Of a stretch of DNA of 64,000 bases, positions 28,211 to 37,455 are shown piece by piece. A program made the position numbers and the translations under genes. Position 1 is the first letter of the stretch; the number at the start of each line of letters is the position of its first letter. The notes beneath the pieces are model-generated. The model worked only from the letters and a program-made list of their open reading frames with translations, searched no databases and was not told the DNA's origin. Source of the stretch: Escherichia phage vB_EcoM_G10400; sequence record MK327937.1. One strand, written 5' to 3'.

Positions 28211-28524
28211 TTAAATCTAATCAATTTATTCATAGACTTTGAAACTTCTGCACGAACCTCATGTAAGTTTTTAAGCTGTTCAAGACGCTGCTCATAGTAA
28301 GCAATTTCATCTTCTTCGAGACAGTCCTGTGAATCTTCTTTAAGATAACGTGCATAGTCCTGAAAAGCTTTACGGACTACTTCCTGGAAGTCATCAAGAC
28401 TTTGAATTTTCTTAGGAGCGGCAGATACACGACGAGGTGCAGTATAATACTCATAACCAAACCCTGCACTTAATTGAGCCATTAGTATTTTTCCTCTGGT
28501 TGGAACACTGCACGACAAGCCCAC
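28204..28524 (-). CDS. Hypothetical protein
   Basis: 106 aa ORF. Confidence 0.4.
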   Translation of the reverse strand: MGLSCSVPTRGKILMAQLSAGFGYEYYTAPRRVSAAPKKIQSLDDFQEVVRKAFQDYARYLKEDSQDCLEEDEIAYYEQRLEQLKNLHEVRAEVSKSMNKLIRFKE

Positions 28525-28784
28525 ATACTGGCTTCTTTGAGTTTCGTTTTAGCAATAGTTAACTGATCGAGGCTTTCAGCATAATTCTTCGCGAGTTCAT
28601 CGTCTTCACAGCTATCAAATGCTTCCCAAAATTCATCGTATAAAGCATCAAAGATAAGTCCTAAACGAACTTCAGCGTCTTTAATAGCATTTACTTTACC
28701 GATTTTTTCGTCGGTATGTGGCTTATAACCTTTAATATCTTCAATCATATTTGACTTCCTCACCAGTGCATAAATCATATTCAA
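28482..28784 (-). CDS. Hypothetical protein
   Basis: 100 aa ORF. Confidence 0.4.
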   Translation of the reverse strand: MNMIYALVRKSNMIEDIKGYKPHTDEKIGKVNAIKDAEVRLGLIFDALYDEFWEAFDSCEDDELAKNYAESLDQLTIAKTKLKEASMWACRAVFQPEEKY

Positions 28785-28962
28785 CTAAACGAATAGGTTC
28801 ATGAATGCCATATCCTTGAACAGAAATTTCTGTCGTAGGATAAATTCCATCAATATCACCCATATTCCAGGCTTCATTAAATTGCTGTTCGCCTGAATTA
28901 CTAAACCACTCGGCGAAAGCATTTAGCACATCTTTAGAACCTTCAATAATTATCTTTGCCAT
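28741..28962 (-). CDS. Hypothetical protein
   Basis: 73 aa ORF. Confidence 0.4.
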   Translation of the reverse strand: MAKIIIEGSKDVLNAFAEWFSNSGEQQFNEAWNMGDIDGIYPTTEISVQGYGIHEPIRLVEYDLCTGEEVKYD

Positions 28963-29324
28963 TACAAACTCTCGGTGAAGGTACGAGCAATAACGTCGCG
29001 CTGCTGTTCCGGAGTCAGAGAGTTAAAGCGAACTGCATAACCAGATACACGGATGGTCAGCTGCGGATATTTTTCCGGATGCTTAACTGCATCTTCCAGA
29101 GTTTCACGACGCAGAACGTTAACGTTCAGGTGTTGACCACCTTCAATTTTAACTGTAGGCTGTTGCTCAATTTCAATTTCACGGGCATGCAAACCGTAGA
29201 AAATTTCTGGGTCTACAAAAGAGTCCTCTTTAAAGGTTTTAGAGACAATAATTCGTGCTTGAATACCATCTTCAAAATAAATAGTACCTTTATGTGTGCC
29301 TTCAAGAATTTGATATGCTTTCAT
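28962..29324 (-). CDS. Autonomous glycyl-radical cofactor (GrcA/YfiD-like)
   Basis: 120 aa; C-terminal half carries the pyruvate-formate-lyase glycyl-radical signature (RVSGYAV) and is encoded by markedly GC-rich DNA (about 28962-29170). Confidence 0.8.
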   Translation of the reverse strand: MKAYQILEGTHKGTIYFEDGIQARIIVSKTFKEDSFVDPEIFYGLHAREIEIEQQPTVKIEGGQHLNVNVLRRETLEDAVKHPEKYPQLTIRVSGYAVRFNSLTPEQQRDVIARTFTESL

Positions 29325-29331
29325 ATAAACC

Positions 29332-29658
29332 TCAATTAGAAAATAAATTTATCCAAGATTGTTCTTTAATTAAAAATGGCTCAGAATCATATGCCATTAA
29401 ACTTTGGGTGATTAGTCCTTTAAAAGGTCCATCAATAAATTCCATGGTAAAATATGGAATTTTATTCATTAACTGTGCGTTAGGAGCAGTGCACAAAACT
29501 CTGCATCCTTTGAATACACCTTTTTGTAATTTGTATTGCTTGGGATAAAATTCGCTTAAAATGTTGTTATTTGCCAAAATTTCAAAATGATTTACCAATT
29601 TATTTTTAATAGTTTTTGGCGAAAAATAGAGATATTCGAAAAGCTGTGTGTCTGTCAT
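29332..29658 (-). CDS. Hypothetical protein
   Basis: Track ORF 29332-29712; ATG at 29656-29658 (MTDTQLFEY) overlaps the upstream stop (108 aa). Confidence 0.45.
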   Translation of the reverse strand: MTDTQLFEYLYFSPKTIKNKLVNHFEILANNNILSEFYPKQYKLQKGVFKGCRVLCTAPNAQLMNKIPYFTMEFIDGPFKGLITQSLMAYDSEPFLIKEQSWINLFSN

Positions 29659-30254
29659 TATTGCATTCCGATTACGAAAAACTGTGGACGAGTAATACCA
29701 CCAATGCAACATTTACTATTACAGCAGTAGTGTACAGTGTCAATATGGACGCTATAAATCTTATCCATATCAGGAGATTTGACAGGCTCATCAATTATAT
29801 ACAAAATTCGCGAAAGCGATAAACCTCTGAACTTGCTTCCTTTATTACCAATAAAACTGCGTACAGAATCAGTAAATAAACGAAAACGTATATCATCATT
29901 AGAATAACGCGAAAATTCCTTTTTAATGTTATTTGCAGAAATTTTAGCGTAAGCTGAAGTATTAGAAAGAACAATAACTGTTCCGCCATCATACAGCCAA
30001 TTAGCAGCAAAGTTAGTCACAGCAATTGATTTACCAGATTGACGTCCACCATCTATACGAAGTGTGCAGTACTGTTTAAGTAATTCTTCAAATGGCGGGA
30101 TATATTCGTTTTTACAAATTTCTTCTACTCTAGCATCAGAATGGTGTGTAAAAGCATTCATCAGGGATAGATACGGGCCAGTTAAAAATGTTCTCATATT
30201 TTCTCTCTTAATTTTTGGGCCATTCCATGGCACATGAGTTGTCCATTCCTGCAT
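29658..30254 (-). CDS. Small P-loop NTPase
   Basis: 198 aa; Walker A GGRQSGKS and Walker B-like ILYIIDEP. Confidence 0.5.
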   Translation of the reverse strand: MQEWTTHVPWNGPKIKRENMRTFLTGPYLSLMNAFTHHSDARVEEICKNEYIPPFEELLKQYCTLRIDGGRQSGKSIAVTNFAANWLYDGGTVIVLSNTSAYAKISANNIKKEFSRYSNDDIRFRLFTDSVRSFIGNKGSKFRGLSLSRILYIIDEPVKSPDMDKIYSVHIDTVHYCCNSKCCIGGITRPQFFVIGMQ

Positions 30255-30332
30255 TACCCATTACCGCGCTTTGGCTCGACCTTATCACAGGTTGGCGGGA
30301 ATACCTCAAATGAGGTCCAGGCTGTTCCCATA

Positions 30333-30806
30333 TTATTTGAACGATTTAACGTACTGAATAGAACCTTTACTATTTACAAAGGCAATTTTACCATTTTTAT
30401 TATACATGGTAGCAGTACGTTGATAACCATAAGTTTGTTTACCAGATTGATAACCAACTAATGCGAAATTATCTTCACCCATTTTATTCTGTTTAGCGCG
30501 AATGCGTTCATGACCATGTGCCATAAGAACCTTAGCATCACCAGTTGCAATGGATCTACGAGTTTTTTCATCTTCAACTGTATTAACAAAGTCGTCAAAT
30601 GAATCAAATTTAGCATGAGATTTATTATACAGTTTTCCATCTACTGTATAATTATATCCCTGTACATCCATCTCAACTTCTGTACCATCATCCAATACAG
30701 CAGTGATTTTTTGACCTTTTTTAAATTTCAAAAGATCAGTAAAAGATTCAGCAATAATTTGAGAATTAATAGCTGCTTCAGTGATAAATTCTTGATATGT
30801 TTTCAT
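30333..30806 (-). CDS. Internal head protein candidate (IpII/IpIII-class)
   Basis: 157 aa; N-terminus MKTYQEFITEA is the conserved capsid-targeting sequence of T-even internal proteins; lysine-rich body. Confidence 0.65.
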   Translation of the reverse strand: MKTYQEFITEAAINSQIIAESFTDLLKFKKGQKITAVLDDGTEVEMDVQGYNYTVDGKLYNKSHAKFDSFDDFVNTVEDEKTRRSIATGDAKVLMAHGHERIRAKQNKMGEDNFALVGYQSGKQTYGYQRTATMYNKNGKIAFVNSKGSIQYVKSFK

Positions 30807-30815
30807 ATGTTTCCT

Positions 30816-31232
30816 TTAAATGTAAATATTTTTACCGTAATACTTATACCAATGTGGTTTCATTAAAATTTTTTCATCAAGTCGTTGTTGACTCAATTTA
30901 ATAGCTGATTTGCATGGATTATAATCATTTTTCCATTCTACTGGAATATCGCTGATGTCAGGAACTTCAGTATCTTTTATACTGAACCCTCGTTTTAAGC
31001 ATTCCGTTATAATGTCCGATTGACGCTTTCGCAAAAATTCTAACTTATCGTAAAAGAACGTAACATGACCAGAACCTAAAATAAACTCGGAAGATATTTT
31101 AAAATCTTTAACGCGCTTACCGTTTGCCACATGCTTACGAACTATACCAAAAACACGTGGCAATTCACGGTATTCTGCGATTAAATGTTGATCAGCAAGT
31201 TCAGATACTAAAGTCAAATTAATACGAGTCAT
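30816..31232 (-). CDS. denV: Endonuclease V (pyrimidine-dimer DNA glycosylase)
   Basis: 138 aa; near-identical to T4 DenV from memory ([17 protein letters not shown]…). Confidence 0.9.
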   Translation of the reverse strand: MTRINLTLVSELADQHLIAEYRELPRVFGIVRKHVANGKRVKDFKISSEFILGSGHVTFFYDKLEFLRKRQSDIITECLKRGFSIKDTEVPDISDIPVEWKNDYNPCKSAIKLSQQRLDEKILMKPHWYKYYGKNIYI

Positions 31233-31251
31233 TTTATCCCTCCAAGTAACT

Positions 31252-31822
<571 letters not shown>

Positions 31823-32278
31823 TTAAAAGAGGTTGTTCATTATTCGGTAAAGTGAAGGACCCATCACATATTGCCACTGAGTACGAGGAATAAGAGCAAA
31901 AGCGTCCATCTCTGGAATCATAACGCCATCTTTATTTTCAAAATAAGACTCGCAGCGGCAATTTCTAAACATCTCATGCTCTACTGGAATCATATAATAA
32001 AACAACTGTAGGTCTTTATTACTAGAATATTTAAATACACCTAGGTCTTCTAGAAGGTCTGGATTATAATTGCTAAAACCGGTCTCTTCTAAACATTCTC
32101 TTCGTGCTGCATCTAATGCGCTTAAATCAGAATTTTCTACACGGCCCTTTGGAATATCCCAACGATGTGCCATCATTCCAGGCTTACGAGAACCAGTAAC
32201 CCGACCCATAAATAAATCTTTATCTTCTGTCATAAAAATAATACCAGCTGATAATGTTTTCATTTTAATTTCCTGCAT
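31823..32278 (-). CDS. nudE: Nudix hydrolase
   Basis: 151 aa; Nudix box (…GRVENSDLSALDAARRECLEETGF…). Confidence 0.85.
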   Translation of the reverse strand: MQEIKMKTLSAGIIFMTEDKDLFMGRVTGSRKPGMMAHRWDIPKGRVENSDLSALDAARRECLEETGFSNYNPDLLEDLGVFKYSSNKDLQLFYYMIPVEHEMFRNCRCESYFENKDGVMIPEMDAFALIPRTQWQYVMGPSLYRIMNNLF

Positions 32279-32748
32279 TCAGTGATAAAGTTATTTAAAT
32301 TTTGAGTATATTTCTTTTCATCAAAAATCTTTTGCTGTCTGCGTAACCGCCATGGCATTTCAATGAACGCGCACCATATCCCAGATAATATTGCTGCTGT
32401 CAAAATATTAACAAGCATAATTAAAAGAATCCAATCTCCTGTTCTGCCTATTGGACTTTCTCCAAAGAAGCAAAATACGAATGATGACACAGGAAGACTA
32501 ATAATATACCACAGAATCATAATTTTATTTGTAAACCAATCAGCATTTGTTAACTTAGCGCGACCGTTTTGAATACATACGAACTTATCATCTGTTATAG
32601 TAGATGGCTTAGCTGCTTGATATCCCATTCTAAACTCCCTAATCAAACAAATTTTCATATCTTCGGAACAACCATTCCAGTCAACTCTATCAACTGAAAT
32701 GCCATCATCCCCATCATCTAAATCATACCAGCGAGTTTTTAAAATCAT
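32260..32748 (-). CDS. Membrane protein (first of three tandem paralogs)
   Basis: 162 aa; transmembrane helices and a conserved C-terminal tail ending …ITECRKLK. Confidence 0.5.
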   Translation of the reverse strand: MILKTRWYDLDDGDDGISVDRVDWNGCSEDMKICLIREFRMGYQAAKPSTITDDKFVCIQNGRAKLTNADWFTNKIMILWYIISLPVSSFVFCFFGESPIGRTGDWILLIMLVNILTAAILSGIWCAFIEMPWRLRRQQKIFDEKKYTQNLNNFITECRKLK

Positions 32749-33107
32749 TTAATTTTCCTACAATCACTCACAAACTCTTCCATTGATTCTTTTTCAATAT
32801 AAGACATGTAGCTATTATATTCTTTTAATTGTATTTTGTAATCTTTTTTTCTTTGCCAATTTATTTTAAAATTATCATAATGAAAATATAACATGGTACC
32901 AAAGAATGAAAATAATGAAATCGCTATAGTATAACGAAGTTCACTCCAAACCTCTGTTATAATTACTGTGCCGTCAATGTTTAAAATAAAACAGTCAATT
33001 AACAATCCAATAAGACTACCCGCAAGAGCTGCAAATACTGATACAGCAAGAATTAATAGTGACTCAGGAAACGAATATTTGACTTTATTTAATTTTGGCT
33101 TTTGCAT
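32745..33107 (-). CDS. Membrane protein (second tandem paralog)
   Basis: 120 aa; two transmembrane helices; tail …VSDCRKIK. Confidence 0.5.
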   Translation of the reverse strand: MQKPKLNKVKYSFPESLLILAVSVFAALAGSLIGLLIDCFILNIDGTVIITEVWSELRYTIAISLFSFFGTMLYFHYDNFKINWQRKKDYKIQLKEYNSYMSYIEKESMEEFVSDCRKIK

Positions 33108-33502
33108 CGTGATTCCTTAACAAATTTCATAATTTCATCAAATTCATACATATCAAGTTTAAGCTGATGTTCTTTTTTAATCTTTTTGCACTGGGCTTTC
33201 CAATCACGTACACGTTTACGATAGTGTCTTCCTTGATACCAGTATCCTATCCAATTTATAGGTACTAATAAAATTGGAACTACAAATGGAAGAATTAGCG
33301 TTGACGCAAATATTGTATTAGATTCAATATCAGTCATAACGTCTATAACCATTCCAGCAATCAGCAGAATCACAAATGATACAGCTACCACAGGACCTAT
33401 TAACACATCAGTAGAAATTATCTGACGCTTTAATTCATACTTCAACGGTTTACTTGGAAGGTATAGTGATGGTTTTGACATATTCTCTGCATTCCTTAAC
33501 AA
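33089..33502 (-). CDS. Membrane protein (third tandem paralog)
   Basis: 137 aa; transmembrane helices; tail …KESRCKSQN. Confidence 0.5.
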   Translation of the reverse strand: MLRNAENMSKPSLYLPSKPLKYELKRQIISTDVLIGPVVAVSFVILLIAGMVIDVMTDIESNTIFASTLILPFVVPILLVPINWIGYWYQGRHYRKRVRDWKAQCKKIKKEHQLKLDMYEFDEIMKFVKESRCKSQN

Positions 33503-34055
33503 ATTTTTCTAATAATAAATCGCTTTCAAAATTGGGATTTTCTACGAATTTATCAAAAAGATCATCAACAATAGTTAAGATATTCTTTTTACTAAGAATA
33601 CGTTTATTTTCATGCTTCGTTTCAGAATCAACTATAAGAGTAAAGAAATATTTCTTGCCCTGAAATTTTACAGTAGTATCAATATAAAATAAATTTGACT
33701 TTTGTAAATTACGTTTAAACCATGTGTCACTTAAACTATAAATACCGAGATAATCATAATCGTCGTTTAAATAACATACTGTCCATTCAGGAGAAATGAA
33801 ATCAGTAAATTCAACATCAAAATCACACGTCAATGAATGAATTGATTCAATACTGTTAATAAGTATTCCAGGACGTATTAAAGACTTTTTACCTTTATAA
33901 AATCCAGAAAGACTTTCATCAGTTTCATATGAAGAACCCCAATAATAATTACGTCCTTCTGCCATACGTTTAAGAGCATTTAGTAATTGGTCTGGAACAT
34001 CAACCTGTCTTTGAAACTCTTCAAACATTGAATTGAAATCACTTTGCATTTTCAT
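33450..34055 (-). CDS. Hypothetical protein
   Basis: 201 aa ORF. Confidence 0.45.
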   Translation of the reverse strand: MKMQSDFNSMFEEFQRQVDVPDQLLNALKRMAEGRNYYWGSSYETDESLSGFYKGKKSLIRPGILINSIESIHSLTCDFDVEFTDFISPEWTVCYLNDDYDYLGIYSLSDTWFKRNLQKSNLFYIDTTVKFQGKKYFFTLIVDSETKHENKRILSKKNILTIVDDLFDKFVENPNFESDLLLEKFVKECREYVKTITIPSK

Positions 34056-34076
34056 TCCTATTTACTCCAAGTAATA

Positions 34077-34091
34077 GGGGCCCGAAGCCCC
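34077..34091 (-). terminator. UUCG-tetraloop hairpin
   Basis: Minus-strand RNA GGGGCUUCGGGCCCC; weak U-tract. Confidence 0.4.
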
Positions 34092-34097
34092 TTATCA

Positions 34098-34691
34098 TTA
34101 TTTCAGAGAATTAATATATTCCTGAACATCGGCAGAGGTAGTTTCAACCCCAGAAATATTACCATTAAAGGTTTCAACTCGAGCAAGAGTATCTTCAATA
34201 TCAACCTTAGTCAGTGCTGCAATTTCAACTACATCATCAGCAGTACTAATTCCAAGGGCATTCGCTGCACGAGTTTCACGGATATATTCCAATTTAACCG
34301 CAAGTTCTTGACGAGCATCATCTAACTCAACTACTTTCTTGGCGATTTCAATTCGCATTTCAGCATAACCGTCAGCCTTAGTAGTCAACTGCTCAGCTGT
34401 TCGACGATATAGTAAACCGAGTTTAGCATGCATTGTTACATCTTGACCTTCGGAAAGAAGCTTGCGAATTTCACGCTCTTTTGATTCGGCTTGCTTATTC
34501 TTTTCGACAATAAGTTCACGAATACGCTTTTCTTCATTAATAGATTTAACGGAAGCAGTTTTTAGATCTTTAATCTTATCAAGTAGTTTTGCTGCCGCAG
34601 CAGTATACTGTTCTTCAACAGATAGATTTTTAGCCATAGCAGAACCAAGTTTAGTGCGAATAAACTCAACAATTTTCTTCAGTGTGTTCAT
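34098..34691 (-). CDS. Coiled-coil protein
   Basis: 197 aa, largely alpha-helical; somewhat higher GC than its neighbours. Confidence 0.5.
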
Positions 34692-34704
34692 AGTATTTCC
34701 TTAG

Positions 34705-34750
34705 GTTGGTATAATTAGATAATATCACGTTTCTAATAGATTGTAAACTT
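34705..34750 (-). promoter_or_regulatory. Possible early promoter
   Basis: GTTTAC (plus 34743-34748) with TATAAT/TATTAT-like elements 17-20 nt downstream; overlaps the stop of the upstream ORF. Confidence 0.35.
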
Positions 34751-35084
34751 ATTCTTCGTCTAGCTCGTCGATAAAGGCGTTGATGGCCTCGATAACGGCA
34801 TCATTGATAGCTAATAAAATAAAATCATCGTCAGTACCTTTAGAAGATTCTAAAGCATTGATATATGCTTGGTTGGCGAGTTCCCAAGCCTTTTTAAAAT
34901 AAGGAGCTTCATCATCAGGACAAATATCCCGCACGCCTTCAAAGATACGTTTGGCATAATCTAACACCCATTGTACAGGCATGTTTTGAGAACGTTCGTT
35001 AAACTCTTTAAAGTCCTTAGATTCAAAAAGCTCTTCAGGATAATTATTTCTATTACAAAAAGCTTTGCTAAAATTACGTTTCAT
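34749..35084 (-). CDS. Hypothetical protein
   Basis: 111 aa ORF downstream of the promoter-like element at 35100-35145. Confidence 0.45.
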   Translation of the reverse strand: MKRNFSKAFCNRNNYPEELFESKDFKEFNERSQNMPVQWVLDYAKRIFEGVRDICPDDEAPYFKKAWELANQAYINALESSKGTDDDFILLAINDAVIEAINAFIDELDEE

Positions 35085-35099
35085 AATGTTTTCCTCATT

Positions 35100-35145
35100 T
35101 GTATAGGCTCATAATATCTCAATCATGAGCCTATGTAAACTTATT
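35100..35145 (-). promoter_or_regulatory. Probable early promoter with a palindrome around the -10
   Basis: GTTTAC (plus 35135-35140); 9 bp inverted repeat taggctcat/atgagccta (35104-35133) brackets the -10 region. Confidence 0.45.
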
Positions 35146-35416
35146 TCATATTATTGAAATATTCTTCTGCGATTTCATCGTTATCATGGTAAACTTTAGA
35201 AGACAGTTTAACATAACCTTCAGCAGTGAACATGTTAATCACAACCTTTACAGTATACCACTGACCATCTTCATTACCCATTACTGCGTAAGTTTCAAAC
35301 ATCGGATGATCAGGACCGATAACTTTAATATCATTCACTGTACGACCGAAATCTTCTGAAACACATTTCATAAAGAAGTTGAACAGTTCGCCGTAATTAT
35401 CCATTTCGTTCTCCAA
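35141..35416 (-). CDS. Hypothetical protein
   Basis: 91 aa ORF downstream of the early promoter at 35441-35495. Confidence 0.45.
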   Translation of the reverse strand: MENEMDNYGELFNFFMKCVSEDFGRTVNDIKVIGPDHPMFETYAVMGNEDGQWYTVKVVINMFTAEGYVKLSSKVYHDNDEIAEEYFNNMK

Positions 35417-35440
35417 GTTGTTTTCTGTATCAGTAGTTGA

Positions 35441-35495
35441 TAGTTGTATAGTACCATGGAAGAACAGGGATGTAAACAGTTTTGTGAAAAAATTT
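35441..35495 (-). promoter_or_regulatory. T4-type early promoter
   Basis: -35 GTTTAC (plus 35472-35477), -10 block tatagtacca (35447-35456), A/T-rich upstream element. Confidence 0.6.
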
Positions 35496-35606
35496 TTAAA
35501 AAGTTTTAGGGAATTCTAGGGTCAGGAGGGGCAATTAAAAGATAGGATAATATATTATAAAGGGTAGAAACTAAATGATGCCTAGAGAGGCCCGGAAAGG
35601 CCTAGA

Positions 35607-35641
35607 TACCAAAAAGCCCCAACCTTTTGGTCGGGGCTAAG
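35607..35641 (-). terminator. Intrinsic terminator (repeat copy A)
   Basis: Minus-strand RNA AGCCCCGACC-AAAA-GGUUGGGGCU followed by UUUUUGGUA; 35 bp element repeated at 36166-36200. Confidence 0.6.
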
Positions 35642-35645
35642 AATG

Positions 35646-36119
35646 TTATTTGATTTGTTTAGCAGACCAAATGCGGTCTTTAATAATTTTTTGGATGTCT
35701 TCAACATACTCAAGAGAGTGAGCATGTGGGTTATCTTTGAAACTATAAGCACGAGCTAGCTTTTGGCCTTCAGTTTTGATTACTAAAAGCTCTTTAAGGA
35801 TAGCTTCATATTTAGAGATAATTCCTTTAACAATATTTTTTTCTTGTGCAGCTTTAGGATCTGCTTTAGGAGCAGGTTTACCTGAAGCCTTTGCAAAAGC
35901 AGCGCCAGTAGCAACTAAACTTTTCCAGGCCATACTAACTGCATTTCCCGTAAATCCTTCCGCTTTCATGTCGCGTGCGAACTGGAATCGCGATTCATCA
36001 GAAGCATCTTTATAAGAATATTTACCCGCTGCAATGGCTGCTTTTGCGACAGCTTGAATTTCGGTGCTAGATGCTTCATTTAACACCGCTTCATTTAAAA
36101 ATTGAGTATATGATTTCAT
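35646..36119 (-). CDS. Internal head protein candidate (divergent capsid-targeting sequence)
   Basis: 157 aa; N-terminus MKSYTQFLNEA resembles the internal-protein targeting sequence; a TATAAATA late promoter lies just upstream; alanine/lysine-rich body. Confidence 0.6.
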   Translation of the reverse strand: MKSYTQFLNEAVLNEASSTEIQAVAKAAIAAGKYSYKDASDESRFQFARDMKAEGFTGNAVSMAWKSLVATGAAFAKASGKPAPKADPKAAQEKNIVKGIISKYEAILKELLVIKTEGQKLARAYSFKDNPHAHSLEYVEDIQKIIKDRIWSAKQIK

Positions 36120-36159
36120 CTTATTTCCTGTTTTAATTTGTAGATATTTAATATACTAA

Positions 36160-36167
36160 TATTTATA
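36160..36167 (-). promoter_or_regulatory. Late promoter upstream of the internal-protein candidate
   Basis: TATAAATA on the minus strand, about 40 nt upstream of the ATG at 36119. Confidence 0.55.
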
Positions 36168-36200
36168 CCAAAAAGCCCCAACCTTTCGGTCGGGGCTAAG
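36166..36200 (-). terminator. Intrinsic terminator (repeat copy B; end of the tRNA/stable-RNA operon)
   Basis: Same 35 bp element with one substitution (GAAA loop), followed by a U-tract. Confidence 0.6.
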
Positions 36201-36510
36201 CCTTGCGGCAACCTTGTCGGGGTTCCACCTGCTAAGGCAAGTGTTTGTACGAAACGCCGGGATTCGAACCCGGTTATTAAGCAGTTGACGCTACTCAATA
36301 TTTTTAAAAGGCCATATCTCGACCATATCCGAACGTTCCGTCAAAAACACTACTCGGCTTACGGCAAAGATATTTCCTCGAATCGATAATTCGGTGCGCC
36401 GTTTCTGCTGTGATGTAAGAGGGCATCAATAAACGCAAAGATTATTAACGCAATTCCTTACTCAGGGAACATCAGTCCGACGACTTGCCGGTAGCGACCC
36501 GGCTTCTTGT
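36201..36510 (-). ncRNA. Candidate small stable RNA region (T4 species 1/2-like)
   Basis: About 310 nt with no ORF between the operon terminator and tRNA-Arg; contains a tRNA-like T-arm (CCGGGTTCGAATCCCGG on the minus strand, about 36257-36273) and extended stem pairing (ccttgc…gcaagg). Boundaries not determined. Confidence 0.4.
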
Positions 36511-36511
36511 C

Positions 36512-36587
36512 TGGTCGAGGCAGTAGGGATCGAACCTACGACCCAGGACTTAGAAGGTCCTTGCTCTTCCTTCTGAGCTATGCCCCG
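36512..36587 (-). tRNA. tRNA-Arg (anticodon UCU)
   Basis: Hand-folded cloverleaf: acceptor CGGGGCA/TGCCTCG, anticodon arm AGGAC-CTTCTAA-GTCCT, T-arm GGGTTCGATCC; CCA encoded. Confidence 0.85.
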
Positions 36588-36590
36588 TAA

Positions 36591-37256
36591 TTAAAATTTC
36601 ATTTTTCGACCTTTAAACCATCCTTCTGGAATTGGGTCAGTTTTCTTAATACGTTTAGAAACTTTTTCATCTAATGAATGAATCCACATCATGCCAAATT
36701 GGGAATTCTTTTCACCTTGTTGGTGTTTATTTCTGGCGTGAGATTCTTTCATTTTATTAATAGTTTCAGGAGTATGGGTCTTACCCAAGAAAGATTTAGT
36801 ATTTAAAAATTTCTCTCTATACTTAGGATTATCCCAAAGCTGTTTAAACCTTTCTGAACCCATTTTACGATATTTTTCTTTAAGGTCTGGGTCGTTCTCA
36901 AATCTGGTTTTAAAAGCGGCAGCTCCTTTTAAGGAAGCTTCTTTCTTTTTATCCAAATATTCTTTAGTGTTTAAATGGTCCCAACCACCTTCACCACCTA
37001 ATTTCAAATTATAAACATCAGAGCGCTTTAAAAACTCTTCAGTCACAATATTCTTTTCTGACTCAAACATAGAGGTTTTATCGTCAAAGAACTCTAATAT
37101 TTCTTTAGAAAAATTTTCTATACCATACTTATCTTGGGCTCTTTTTAATAATTTACCAGAACCCATATATCCATCATCTAAATTTTCGGTAGAATGAGCG
37201 CCTATATAGATTTTATTATTAATTTTATTTGTTATTTTATAAATGTAATGGAACAT
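36591..37256 (-). CDS. segB: GIY-YIG homing endonuclease SegB
   Basis: 221 aa; N-terminal GIY-YIG motif (YIYKITNKINNKIYIG); embedded in the tRNA cluster, as T4 segB is. Confidence 0.8.
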   Translation of the reverse strand: MFHYIYKITNKINNKIYIGAHSTENLDDGYMGSGKLLKRAQDKYGIENFSKEILEFFDDKTSMFESEKNIVTEEFLKRSDVYNLKLGGEGGWDHLNTKEYLDKKKEASLKGAAAFKTRFENDPDLKEKYRKMGSERFKQLWDNPKYREKFLNTKSFLGKTHTPETINKMKESHARNKHQQGEKNSQFGMMWIHSLDEKVSKRIKKTDPIPEGWFKGRKMKF

Positions 37257-37297
37257 AAATATCTCCTATTTCTAAGAGTATTTATGTTCTCAAAATA

Positions 37298-37369
37298 TGG
37301 CCCTGGGTGGAATTGAACCACCATCTGGCGATTATGAGTCGCTTGCTTGAACCTTCCAGCTACAGGGCC
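37298..37369 (-). tRNA. tRNA-Ile (gene anticodon CAU; would score as Met)
   Basis: Hand-folded: acceptor GGCCCTG/CAGGGCC, anticodon loop CTCATAA, T-arm GGTGGTTCAATTCCACC. Ile assignment follows the T4 tRNA set. Confidence 0.75.
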
Positions 37370-37375
37370 TTGATA

Positions 37376-37448
37376 TGCTGATTGACGGAATCGAACCGCC
37401 GACGTCCTCATTACAAGTGAGGTGCTCTACCTACTGAGCTAAATCAGC
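37376..37448 (-). tRNA. tRNA-Thr (anticodon UGU)
   Basis: Hand-folded: acceptor GCTGATT/AATCAGC, anticodon arm CCTCA-CTTGTAA-TGAGG, T-loop TTCGATT. Confidence 0.85.
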
Positions 37449-37455
37449 GAAATTA

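Noticed and set aside
29795-30010. 71 aa ORF nested inside the P-loop NTPase gene
   Set aside because: Entirely contained within a longer ORF that has recognisable Walker motifs.
34098-34691. Possible PspA/ESCRT-III-like identity of the 197 aa coiled-coil protein
   Set aside because: Similarity is only compositional (helical, charged); no specific motif could be matched by eye, so only 'coiled-coil protein' is reported.
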